The position numbers were made by a program, and so were the translations under genes. This document shows positions 21,560-31,100 of a stretch of DNA of 64,000 nt, in pieces (the first letter of the stretch is position 1; every line of letters begins with the position of its first letter). A model generated the notes under the pieces. That model made no database searches, had not been told where the DNA came from, and saw only the letters and a list, made by a program, of their open reading frames with translations. The stretch is from an uncultured Acidobacteriota bacterium (GTDB lineage Bacteria > Acidobacteriota > Polarisedimenticolia > J045): positions 64,001 through 128,000 of the forward strand of contig CAVPCQ010000016.1 in the NCBI GenBank assembly GCA_963702425.1, read 5' to 3'.

Positions 21560-22368
21560 GCGGCGGCCGTCAGGATCCGGCGGCGCGCCTCGCCGGGCGG
21601 GCCCACGCGGCGGCGGGGCGACCGGGGGCCGTGCGCACGCTTCTGCTCGATCTCGACGGAACGCTGGCGCCGATCGCGGCGCATCCCGCGCTGGCGCGCG
21701 TTGTCGAGCCCCCGCGTGACGCGATCCGCGCGCTGCGCCGGGCCGGCTGGCGGGTGGCCGTCGTCTCCGGGAGATCGCGCCGGGAGGCCGCCGCGCTGAT
21801 CGAGATCCCGGGTCTTCCGGTCTTCGGGAGCCACGGGCTGGAAGGCCCGGCGGCCGCTGACGTCGCACCTGTCGATCGCCGCGTCGCCCAGCGCCTGGCC
21901 GCGATCGAGCGCGAGGTCCGCCGGCTGGCGGCCGGTACGCCGTCCGTGCTGATCGAGCGCAAGGCGGGTTCGGTCGCGTTCGGCGACCGCGCACTGCCTC
22001 GCGCGGACCGCGCGCACTGGCGTCGACGGCTCGCGGCGGCGCTCGAGCGTTGCGACCTCGCGGGGCTCGAGCTGCTGCGCGGCCGGTGCGTGATCGAGGT
22101 CCGGACGCCCCAGGCGACGAAGGCGCGCGCGTTGGGCGCGCTGGGCGTCGTGCTGCCGCGGAGCGTGCGCGACGAGAGCCTCATCGCCGTCGGGGACGAC
22201 CGGACCGACGAGGACCTCTTCTTCGCGCTCGCCGGCACGGGGCTCGGGATCCTCGTCGGGCGGCCCCGCCGGACGCACGCCCGGGCCCGCCTCGCGTCGC
22301 CGGCGGCGGTCGGCCGGTTCCTCGCGCGCCTGGCCCAGCTCGCGTCGTCGCGGGAGGAAGTCCGGTGA
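21556..22368 (+). CDS. otsB: trehalose-6-phosphate phosphatase (HAD)
   Basis: DLDGTLAPI, VSGR, GSHGLE, GDDRTDED; GTG overlaps the otsA stop. Confidence 0.9.
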   Translation: MSGGRQDPAARLAGRAHAAAGRPGAVRTLLLDLDGTLAPIAAHPALARVVEPPRDAIRALRRAGWRVAVVSGRSRREAAALIEIPGLPVFGSHGLEGPAAADVAPVDRRVAQRLAAIEREVRRLAAGTPSVLIERKAGSVAFGDRALPRADRAHWRRRLAAALERCDLAGLELLRGRCVIEVRTPQATKARALGALGVVLPRSVRDESLIAVGDDRTDEDLFFALAGTGLGILVGRPRRTHARARLASPAAVGRFLARLAQLASSREEVR

Positions 22369-23048
22369 GGCCGCTTCGCGACCGACGGGCAGGGGCTCCC
22401 TTCCGCTTCTGCGACTACGAAGGGCTCGCCATGCCGACCGGCCAACGGGCGTCGAACCTGCGCGAGCTGCTCGAGATCGTGCGCACCGCGCCGCTGGCCG
22501 TGCTGCATCACCACCTCTACCGGTCCCAGCTCCGGCATCGCTTCGGGGCGTGGGACTTCCCCAACGACTTGCGCTCGTGGGCCGCCGATGCCCTTGAGGA
22601 CCGTGCGCTCGCCGAGAAGCTCTCCGCGCTCGATCCCTTCGCGCACGCCGATCTCGAATCGGCGAGAAGCGCGCTGGCCGACGTGATGGAAGACCACCTC
22701 GACGGCCTCGCCTTCGTCCCGTGGGCCCGCCCGGGCGCCGAGTTCCACCTCTCCAGCGGGCACTACTTCGCGCTGCCGGGCGACCGCGAGGCGTGGACGC
22801 TCGGGGAGCTGCGGCACCACCTGGCCGAGGCAACGCTCAACTCGCTCTACTACCACTTCCACGAGGCGCGGCTGCGCGGGCCGGGCGACGACAGCGACGA
22901 TTTCTCGCGCTGGATCGAGGGGCAGTTCGGTCACCTCCCGCTCGTGGACGCCTTCCGGCGGATCGACTTCTTCTTCTACGGTCTCGAGGAGCTGCGGGCC
23001 CGGCTGATCGGCCTGCTCGACCAGGCGCTGGCGGAGGACGCTGCATGA
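22365..23048 (+). CDS. DUF5752-like protein (two internal repeats), TreT-associated
   Basis: Repeated F-x-F...LxEL...YYH...(N/D)DFxxW units; translationally coupled to both neighbours. Confidence 0.7.
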   Translation: MRPLRDRRAGAPFRFCDYEGLAMPTGQRASNLRELLEIVRTAPLAVLHHHLYRSQLRHRFGAWDFPNDLRSWAADALEDRALAEKLSALDPFAHADLESARSALADVMEDHLDGLAFVPWARPGAEFHLSSGHYFALPGDREAWTLGELRHHLAEATLNSLYYHFHEARLRGPGDDSDDFSRWIEGQFGHLPLVDAFRRIDFFFYGLEELRARLIGLLDQALAEDAA

Positions 23049-24256
23049 GCGCGCCGCGGCTGGACGACTACGCCGCGATCGTGGGGGTCGAGCGGATCGC
23101 GGTGCTGCGCCGGATGGCGCGGCGGCTGGAGGGGCTCTCGGTCGCGATGGTCAACTCGACCCGCGTCGGGGGCGGGGTCGCCGAGATTCTCACCCGCCAG
23201 GTCCCGCTCCTGAACGAACTCGGCATCCGGGTGCGGTGGGAGGTGATCGAGGGGACGCCGGAGTTCTTCGACGCCACCAAGGCGATGCACAACGCCCTCC
23301 AGGGGACGCCGGCCGAGCTGACGCCGGCCCGCCGGGAAGCCTACGTCGCGACCAACCGGCGCAACGCCGGGCGTCTCGACCTGGAGGCGGACGTCGTGGT
23401 CGTGCACGACCCGCAGCCGGCGGCCCTGGTTGAGTTCGCGAGGACCCCGGTGCCGTGGGTGTGGCGCTGCCACATCGACGCGGCGCGGCCCAACCGTGCC
23501 TGGTGGTCGTTCCTGCGGCCGTTCGTCGCGCGCTTCGACGCCAGCGTCTTCTCGATGGCTGCTTTCGCCCGGAACCTGCCCCACCCCCAGTACCTGATTC
23601 AGCCCGCGATCGATCCGCTCGCGCCCAAGAACGCGCCGATGAAGCCGCAGGAGGTCGACCAAGTGCTGGCGCGCTTCGGGCTCGACCGCTCGCGGCCGCT
23701 GATCGTGCAGGTCTCCCGCTTCGACCGCTTCAAGGACCCGCTCGGGGTCATCGCTGCCTTCCGCCTCGTGCGACGCCGCGACGACGCACGGCTGGTGCTG
23801 GCGGGCGGCTCCGCGGACGACGATCCGGAGGGGACGGAGGTCCTCCGCCAGGTCCGCGAGTCAGCGGGGGGCGATCCGGACATCCAGGTGCTCAGCCTGC
23901 CGCCGGACAGCCACCGCGAAATCAACGCGCTGCAGCGGGCCGCGACCGTGGTGGTGCAGAAGTCGCTGCGCGAAGGGTTCGGACTGACGGTCACGGAAGG
24001 GTTGTGGAAGGGACGACCGGTGCTCGGCGGCGCGGCGGGCGGGATCGTGGTGCAGGTGATCGACCACCAGACCGGGTTCCTCGTGCACTCGGTCGAGGGG
24101 TTGGCCTACCGCCTGCGCTACCTCCTGAACCGCCCCCAGCTCGCCGACGAGATCGGCGCCCGCGGGCGCGAGTTCGTGCGCCACCACTTCCTGCTGACCC
24201 GGCACCTGCGCGACTGGCTCACGCTCCTGCTGGCGGTAACGAGGCGAGACGCCTAG
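23045..24256 (+). CDS. treT: trehalose synthase, GT4 glycosyltransferase
   Basis: NSTRVGGGVAEIL, HNALQG, HDPQP, WRCHID, QVSRFDRFKDP, QKSLREGFGLTVTEGLWKG. Confidence 0.9.
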   Translation: MSAPRLDDYAAIVGVERIAVLRRMARRLEGLSVAMVNSTRVGGGVAEILTRQVPLLNELGIRVRWEVIEGTPEFFDATKAMHNALQGTPAELTPARREAYVATNRRNAGRLDLEADVVVVHDPQPAALVEFARTPVPWVWRCHIDAARPNRAWWSFLRPFVARFDASVFSMAAFARNLPHPQYLIQPAIDPLAPKNAPMKPQEVDQVLARFGLDRSRPLIVQVSRFDRFKDPLGVIAAFRLVRRRDDARLVLAGGSADDDPEGTEVLRQVRESAGGDPDIQVLSLPPDSHREINALQRAATVVVQKSLREGFGLTVTEGLWKGRPVLGGAAGGIVVQVIDHQTGFLVHSVEGLAYRLRYLLNRPQLADEIGARGREFVRHHFLLTRHLRDWLTLLLAVTRRDA

Positions 24257-24636
24257 CCCCCTCCGCGCCAGGCTTCGACCACCGCCTCCCCCGCCTCCCG
24301 GAAGGCCCGCGACACCCCGCCGACGCCCAGCTTCACGCCGCCGAAGATCCGCGAGACGACGATCCCCCCTGCGAGATCGTGCCGGCGCAGGAGCTCGAGC
24401 AGCACGCGCCCGGGGTGCCCGACCTCGCCGTCGTCTTTCGCGCGCTCGACGATCGCGCCGTCCGGCCCCGGGGCGCGCCACGCCCAGCAGTGGTGGACCG
24501 CCTTGTGGAACTCCCTGCGCTGGCGCTTCAGCACCGCCTCCAGCGCCGCCTCATCGTCCGCCGGGAAGAGCAGCGCATGGAAGCGCGAGCGCTCGACCGT
24601 CGACTTGTGCGCAGCTTCGCGGGCGACCGGCGTCAC
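24253..24636 (-). CDS. YigZ/IMPACT family protein (short)
   Basis: RSRF, HHCWAWR, DDGEVG, SRIFGGVKLGVGGV. Confidence 0.85.
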   Translation of the reverse strand: MTPVAREAAHKSTVERSRFHALLFPADDEAALEAVLKRQRREFHKAVHHCWAWRAPGPDGAIVERAKDDGEVGHPGRVLLELLRRHDLAGGIVVSRIFGGVKLGVGGVSRAFREAGEAVVEAWRGGG

Positions 24637-25238
24637 CGCGGTCCCCCCAGGATCGCGGTCAGCCCCTCCGTGACGTAGCGCACGCCCCAGGCGAGCGTGA
24701 TCAGCCCGAGCGTCGTCGAAAGGACCTGGATCACCGTGCGGTTGACGACGCGCCGCACCAGGGATGCCGACAGGAACAGCGCGGCCGTCCCGGCCAGCAC
24801 GATCCCCACCGCCAGCGCGGTGACCGGCCTCCCGTAGTCCTGCACCGAGACGATGATCGCCGTGATCGTCGCCGGGCCGGTCAGGAGGGGGGTCGCGATC
24901 ACCGCCGCGACCGCCTGGGCCGAACGCTCCTGGCCGGGGGCCTCCGGCTCAAAGACGCCGCCGAGCGACATCTTGATCCCGAGGAGGCCGAGCACGATCC
25001 CGCCCGCCACGCGGAACTGGTCGACCGTCGTGTCGAACAGTGTCAGGAGCGCCGGCCCGGCGAGCAGCACCACCAGGGAGAGCGCGGCCGCGACGAGCAG
25101 CCCCAGCAGCGCGGTGCGACGGCGCTGCGCCGCCGCCATCTCCTCGGTCAGCGCGAAGAAGACGGCGAAGCTGGCCAGCGGGTCGAAGATCACGAAGAAG
25201 AGCACGACCAGCTGCGGCAGGTGCGTCAGGTCGGCCAT
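24633..25238 (-). CDS. MarC family membrane protein
   Basis: FVIFDP, FRVAGG, ATPLLTGPATI. Confidence 0.88.
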   Translation of the reverse strand: MADLTHLPQLVVLFFVIFDPLASFAVFFALTEEMAAAQRRRTALLGLLVAAALSLVVLLAGPALLTLFDTTVDQFRVAGGIVLGLLGIKMSLGGVFEPEAPGQERSAQAVAAVIATPLLTGPATITAIIVSVQDYGRPVTALAVGIVLAGTAALFLSASLVRRVVNRTVIQVLSTTLGLITLAWGVRYVTEGLTAILGGPR

Positions 25239-25350
25239 CGAGCGCCGCTCCTTCCCCAAGGGGCGGCTCCATTATCGGACGACCGGGGGCTCCGGCTGGC
25301 GGGGCGCGCGCGCCGGCCGTTCTCGCGCGACAATGGAGTCGCCACCTCGC

Positions 25351-25426
25351 GCGCCCGTAGCTCAACGGATAGAGCATCGGCCTTCGGAGCCGGTGGTTGG
25401 GGGTTCGAATCCCTCCGGGCGCGCCA
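25351..25426 (+). tRNA. tRNA-Arg (anticodon TCG)
   Basis: GCGCCCG acceptor stem, TAGCTCAACGGATAGAGC D-arm, TCGGC-CTTCGGA-GCCGG anticodon arm, GGTTCGAATCC T-arm, encoded CCA; 76 nt. Confidence 0.95.
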
Positions 25427-25517
25427 TCCCCGGCCGCGGCAGCGCACTCCCCGCCGGCAGCGCGGCGGAGTAGTGGTGCCTGGAGCGGTTACGGGAGGGG
25501 GGGGCCGATCTCAGAAG

Positions 25518-25556
25518 AAAGCCCCGGCCGGAGCGGCGATCGCTCCGGCCGGGGCG
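25518..25556 (-). terminator. hairpin, likely intrinsic terminator
   Basis: GCCCCGGCCGGAGCG..CGCTCCGGCCGGGGC stem with a TTTCTT tail on the minus strand, just after the 25566 stop. Confidence 0.6.
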
Positions 25557-25565
25557 CATCGAACG

Positions 25566-27755
25566 CTACCTGTTCAGGACGAAGCCGGCAACGTACTCCT
25601 TGCGCTCTGCCACGCGCAGCCTCAGCACGTAGGTCCCGGGCGACAGGTCCGCCGTGCGCAGGTTGAAGTGCCACTGCTTGCTGTTGGGGTTGTTGCGGAA
25701 GTAGCGGTCCGTCGACCCCGAGTCGTCGTTGAGGTCGATCGTCGAGAGGTCGATCGGGCCGGTCCCCACCCGGGTCAGCCCGACGATCTCCGTCGGCACG
25801 ATGTCGCCGTTCTTCAGCACGTAGCCGCCGCACTTGAGGTACAGCTTGAGCGGTACGACGGAGCCGCGCTTGAACGGCTTCGGCGGGAAGGAGGGAGCGT
25901 CGCCCTCGGGAACCAGGCGCGACATCGGGGTTTGCAGGCCCCAGAGTCCGTCGTAGCTGCCGAAGTCGATCGCCGGGTCGCAGCGCCCGGTGATCCCCAG
26001 GTTGAAGGGGACATCCTGCTGCCAGGGCTGGCCGTCCACGGTTCCCATGACGCGGAGCACGAACGGCCGCGCCACGTCGCCCGGGTGCTCCGGCGGAAGC
26101 GCCAGCTCGAACGAATCGAGGCTGGCCTGTGGCGACAGTGTGACCGGCGAGCAATCCGGTACGGCGTCCAGGCTCAGCGCGGGAATGGTCGGGAAGTTCG
26201 CGCGATCGTCGGAGAAGAGGACGTTGAACGGCGCCCCGTCCGGGGTCCCGTCGCCGTCCTGATCGACCAGCTGGACCGGGTCGCTCATGAGCTTCGCCGT
26301 CACGCCCGTGATCGGGCGGGAGCCGACGTTCAGCACGGTGATCCACACACGGCCCGATTCGCCCGGGCTGAGGAGGCCGTCGCCGGTGCCGTCCTCGACC
26401 CGCACTGCGTACGGCGTGACGAAGGCCGGCCCCGGGTCGCCTTCGACCGGCTCGAGCCGGTTGAAGCTGCCGGCGGAGGCACTCTGGCCCTCGGTGCAGA
26501 ACTCCTGCTCGCCGTCGGGGATGGAGTCGCCGCAGGCCCGGAGCACGCCGACGACCTCGCGCGCGAAGAAGAACCGGCCCGCGCGGCAGATCGTCACGCT
26601 CTCGCCGGGGGGCACTTCCTGCTTCACGGTCGGTTGGTTGCAGGGGGTCGCCTCGGCGAAGCAGACGCTCGCCGAGCAGACCTCGCCGGCAGCGCAGGCG
26701 GTCTCGCAGCTGCCGCAATGGAGCGGGTCGCGCGCGGGATCGACGCAGTCGTCCCCGCAGCGGATCGTCCCGTAGGGGCAGCCTTCCGTCGGCGAGTCGG
26801 TGGAACCGCTGGAGAACCCGTAGACGCCGTCGGTGCCGAACTCCTGGCAGACGCCGTCGCCGCACGCCTGGCCTTCGCTGCACGCGCTGCCGCAGCCGCC
26901 GCAGTTCGCCGGGTCGGAGAAGATGTCCACGCTCTGGCCGGCGCAGCAGCTCTCGTTGTGATTGGCGGGCTGGAAACAGGCCCCGCAGTGCCGCTGGTCG
27001 TAATCGGTGTCGGTGCACTCGCCGTTGCAGCAGGTCTTCGTTCCCTCGCAGACGATGCCGCAGGCCCCGCAGTTGAGCTCGTCGTCGAGGTAGGAGACGC
27101 ACTCGCCGTCGCAGAGCGTCTGGTGCTCCCCCTCGCAGCAGTCGGTCGTGCTGGTGACCTCGATCGCGATCGAGTCGGGCGTGTTGTTGGTGATCGTCTC
27201 GAACACCCCTTCGCCCGGGATGAACTCGCTCGTCGCGGTCGCCAGGACCTGCGGCGGGCTGAAGAACGAGATGATGCTGGAGGTCAGCGAGGCCGCGGAG
27301 AGGGTCACGTCGGTGCGGGACAGCGAACGGCCCGGGACGCTGAACGGCCCGCGCGGGCCGACCGAAGAGTTCGTCGGCGTGAAACAGACGTCCTTGTCGC
27401 AGACCGAGCCGGTGTAGGAGTAGAGCGTCTGCCCGGTCTCCCAGTCCCAGATCGTGCCGACGCCGGCCGCGGTTCCGGCGCCCAGGCTGCTGGTGAAGCC
27501 GCCCGGGCCGGCCGACGGCCAGCGGAAGGTGAAGGTCTTGCCGACCGCCTTGTTGGTGATCTTGTTACGAACCTTGGCCGGATAGCTGGAGATCACAGTC
27601 AGGTCGACGATGCTCTCGTTGGAGCCGTTCTTGTCCAGGTCGACGTTCTTGCTCGCGGCGCCGACGGGGAGCGCGATGCTCCCCATGAGCGCGATCCCGG
27701 CGAGCATCCCTCGCAGCGAACACAGGAATCGCGTACTGCGCATCTTCTCGATCAT
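25566..27755 (-). CDS. secreted protein with Cys-rich repeats (DxxxCGxC; MXAN_6577/Stig1-like) and C-terminal PxKF-like domain
   Basis: Signal peptide; DELNCGAC, DQRHCGAC, DPANCGGC, DPLHCGSC; FKRGSVVPLKL..WHFNLRTADLSPGTY. Confidence 0.8.
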   Translation of the reverse strand: MIEKMRSTRFLCSLRGMLAGIALMGSIALPVGAASKNVDLDKNGSNESIVDLTVISSYPAKVRNKITNKAVGKTFTFRWPSAGPGGFTSSLGAGTAAGVGTIWDWETGQTLYSYTGSVCDKDVCFTPTNSSVGPRGPFSVPGRSLSRTDVTLSAASLTSSIISFFSPPQVLATATSEFIPGEGVFETITNNTPDSIAIEVTSTTDCCEGEHQTLCDGECVSYLDDELNCGACGIVCEGTKTCCNGECTDTDYDQRHCGACFQPANHNESCCAGQSVDIFSDPANCGGCGSACSEGQACGDGVCQEFGTDGVYGFSSGSTDSPTEGCPYGTIRCGDDCVDPARDPLHCGSCETACAAGEVCSASVCFAEATPCNQPTVKQEVPPGESVTICRAGRFFFAREVVGVLRACGDSIPDGEQEFCTEGQSASAGSFNRLEPVEGDPGPAFVTPYAVRVEDGTGDGLLSPGESGRVWITVLNVGSRPITGVTAKLMSDPVQLVDQDGDGTPDGAPFNVLFSDDRANFPTIPALSLDAVPDCSPVTLSPQASLDSFELALPPEHPGDVARPFVLRVMGTVDGQPWQQDVPFNLGITGRCDPAIDFGSYDGLWGLQTPMSRLVPEGDAPSFPPKPFKRGSVVPLKLYLKCGGYVLKNGDIVPTEIVGLTRVGTGPIDLSTIDLNDDSGSTDRYFRNNPNSKQWHFNLRTADLSPGTYVLRLRVAERKEYVAGFVLNR

Positions 27756-27999
27756 GGCCGTTGTCTCCTCCCGCGCGTGCCGACCGCGACCCGTCCCTTG
27801 GCCGAGGCCCCCCGTGGGCCGTCGTGAAAGCCGGTCAGCGGAAGAAGGGTACGCCGTGTCCGGCGCGAAAGCGTCCTGAAGTTACAGATACCTAATAGTA
27901 AGTTTTCCTTGTTCGGCCGAGACCGTTCCGGGGCGGCTATCTTGAATCCCCTGTATGGTTTGCCGCGCGGCCGAAGACCCGGCTTACCGAAAAAGGTGA

Positions 28000-28028
28000 T
28001 TGACCTTCCCCGTCCATCAGCGTACGAA
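28000..28028 (+). promoter_or_regulatory. candidate sigma70-like promoter for the protease genes
   Basis: TTGACC-17 bp-TACGAA in an AT-richer divergent intergenic region. Confidence 0.35.
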
Positions 28029-28130
28029 GTCGTTGGTTTGGTCTGCTCGGACGGCGCCCACCGCCCGCCGGCGTTCGGCGGGCTTCGCGCTCGTCCAGCG
28101 CAGCGAGCCTCGATTCAAGGGGAGGTCGGC

Positions 28131-31100
28131 ATGTCCGTTGGCGTGGCGTCACGCGTCGTGATTCGTCCGGCAATTCTCGTCGTCGCTCTCGCGCTCCTCC
28201 TGGCGTTGCCTGCGGCAGCCTTCCAGCCGCGGCCGACCGCCGAGCGGTTCGACCACCTCGCCGTGGCCCACCCGGGCGCCACGATCGGGCGCGTGGGCGT
28301 CTCAACGACCGCCCTCCCCTCAGGCGACCCGCTCCGCACCGGTTGGGAGGCGTTCGTCGCCCGGCAGGACGGAGGGTGGGAGGCCTGGATCGACGAGCGC
28401 TCCGGCCTGCCGTCGCTCGCGATCGGCCGCGGCATCTCCTGGACGCCGGCCGGCGCGGCGACGACCCTCGACGAACTCGCCGCGAAGGCGCTGCAGTTTC
28501 TCGAACAGAACCGCCTCCTCCTCGGCGACTGGGCGGGCCAGATCGAGCTCGACCGCGCGGCCTCCGGGCTGCTCGACGGGCGGATCTGGCAGATCTCGTT
28601 CCGCCAGGTGGTCAACGGCGTGCCGGTCGAGGGCTCGCGCTACGACTTCCAGGTCGCGGACGGGAACCTGGTCGCGTTCGGCGCGACCGCCTGGGGCAAG
28701 GTGCGCACCTCGCCGATCCCGCGCCTCTCGGCGGACGAGGCCCACGCCTCGCTGATGCAGAATCTCGGCACCGCGGCGCCGTCGACGCTGGAACTGCGCG
28801 GCATCCCGGAACTGCGCCTGGTGCCGGTCGACCCCGCGGGCGCCACCGCGGCCGCCTGGAATGGTCCGCGCGGCGAAGGGTACGGCCATCGCCTCGTCTG
28901 GCGCTTCACGCTCTCCGTGCCGGGCGAGTCGCCGACCTGGGTGGCCGAGATCGACGCCGCCACGGGGACGGTTGCCGCGCTCTTCGACGACACCCGCTAC
29001 GAGCGGATCAAGGGCGGGGTCTACCCGATCTCCGATGACCAGCTCTGCCCGTCCGGCTGCGAGCAGCCGGACTACCCGATGCCGTTCGCCGACTACTCCG
29101 TCGACGGCGTCGCGCAGCCCCCGACCGGCGACCACGGCCTCTACGAGTGCAGCCCCCCGGGCGCGACCGTCACGACCCGCCTCGCCGGCCCCTACGTCCG
29201 GGTCCAGGACAACTGCGGGCCGATCTCGGAGAGCACGACCTGCGACAACCCGCTCGACCTGCGGGCCGGCCCGGGCACCGACTGCGTCGTGCCGGAGGGC
29301 TCGTCGGCCGGCAACACGCACTCCTCGCGCTCCGGCTTCTTCCACCTCAACCGTTCGATGGAGAAGGGCCGCGCCTGGCTCCCCGCCAACAACTGGCTCA
29401 AGCAGCAGCTGGTCGACAACGTCAACATCAACTCGACCTGCAACGCCTACTGGAACGGCGCGGTCAACTTCTACAAGTCGGGCGGCGGCTGCCGGAACAC
29501 CGGCGAGATCATGGGCGTCTTCGTCCACGAGTGGGGCCACGGGATCGACGCCAACGACGGCGGCGGCTACGACAACCCGTCCGAGGCCTACGCCGACGTC
29601 GTCGCCCTGTTCGAGACCCGCGAGAGCTGCGTCGGACGCGGCTTCTACGAGTCGCAGAACTGCGACGGCTACGGCAACGCGTGCATCAACTGCACCGGCA
29701 TCCGTGACCAGGACTGGGACAAGCACGTCAACCACGCACCGTCCACCCCGTCCGGCTTCATCCAGAACAACTGCGGCGGCGGCGGCGGACCGTGCGGCAA
29801 GGAAGAGCACTGCGAAGGCTACCTGGCCGGCGAGACGGTCTGGGACCTCGCGGCGCGCGACCTGGTCACCACCGGCGGCCTCGACCCCGATTCGGCCTGG
29901 CAGTTGGCGGAGAAGCTGTTCTACGTGTCGCGCGGAGGTTCGGGCGGCAACGCCTACAACTGCTCGCTCCCGAATGCCGACGGCTGCGCGACGACGAGCT
30001 GGTTCCAGAAGTTCCGCGTCGTCGACGACGACGACGGCAACCTCAACAACGGCACGCCGCACGCGGCCTCGATCTTCGCGGCCTTCAACCGCCACGGCAT
30101 CGCCTGCGGCACGGCCGCCGACAACTCGAACAAGAACTCCTCGACCTGCCCCGCGCTGGCCAAGCCGGTCATCACCACGAAGGCCCTGACCAACGCGGTC
30201 GAACTGACCTGGGGCGCGGTCACGAACGCGGCGAAGTACAAGATTCTCCGCTCGGACCTGGGCTGCGACCGCGGGCAGATCATCATCGACTCCCCCGCGG
30301 CGCCGGCGACGACCTACACCGACTTCGACCTGGCGAACGACTTCACGGTCTACTACCGCGTGCAGGCGGTCGGCAGCAACGGCGCCTGCGAGAGCGCGGT
30401 CTCCAACTGCGTCGGCGCCTCGGCCGCCCCGTTCGCCGGCAACGTGCGCTTCCTGGCCGGGACCTACGGCTGCAGCAACACGATCACGCTCCGCGTGCGG
30501 GACGCCAACGTCGTCGGCTCCTCGGTGACGGTCACGGTCTGGTCGACGACCGAGCCGGTCCGCGAGACCCTCGTGCTCAACGAGACCGCGCCCGGTTCCG
30601 GCAAGTTCGAGGGGACGATCGTCACCACCTCCGCGCCCCCGCAGACCGGCGACGGCGCGCTCTCGATCCAGAACGGCGACACGCTGACCGCGGAGTACAT
30701 CGACGCCAACGACGGCTCGGGCGGTTTCAACATCGCGCGGCAGCACACCGCAACCGGCGACTGCGTCTTCCCGGTCGTCACCGGCGTGCGCGACGAGGGG
30801 GTCACAGACGTCGCTGCGACCGTCAAGTGGGACACCGACGAGCTCTCCGACACCCTGCTGCTCTGGGGCCCGACGAAGCCCCCCTCGACCAGCACCGCGG
30901 GCGCGCCCCGCGTCGCGGCCCACGAGGTGCGGCTGAACGGGCTGACCTCCTGCACCACCTACTGGTACGAGGTTCGTTCCACCGATCCGGCCGGCAACAT
31001 CGCACGGTCCGACAACGGCGGCGCCTGGTACCACTTCGAGACGCTCGGCAACTTCGGCGACGGTCTCCAGCCGTGTCACGCCGGCCGCGTCACATTCGAC

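Noticed and set aside
25351-25560. tRNA-Arg as an integration site for an island
   Set aside because: No integrase nearby and no duplicate of the tRNA 3' end noticed in the window
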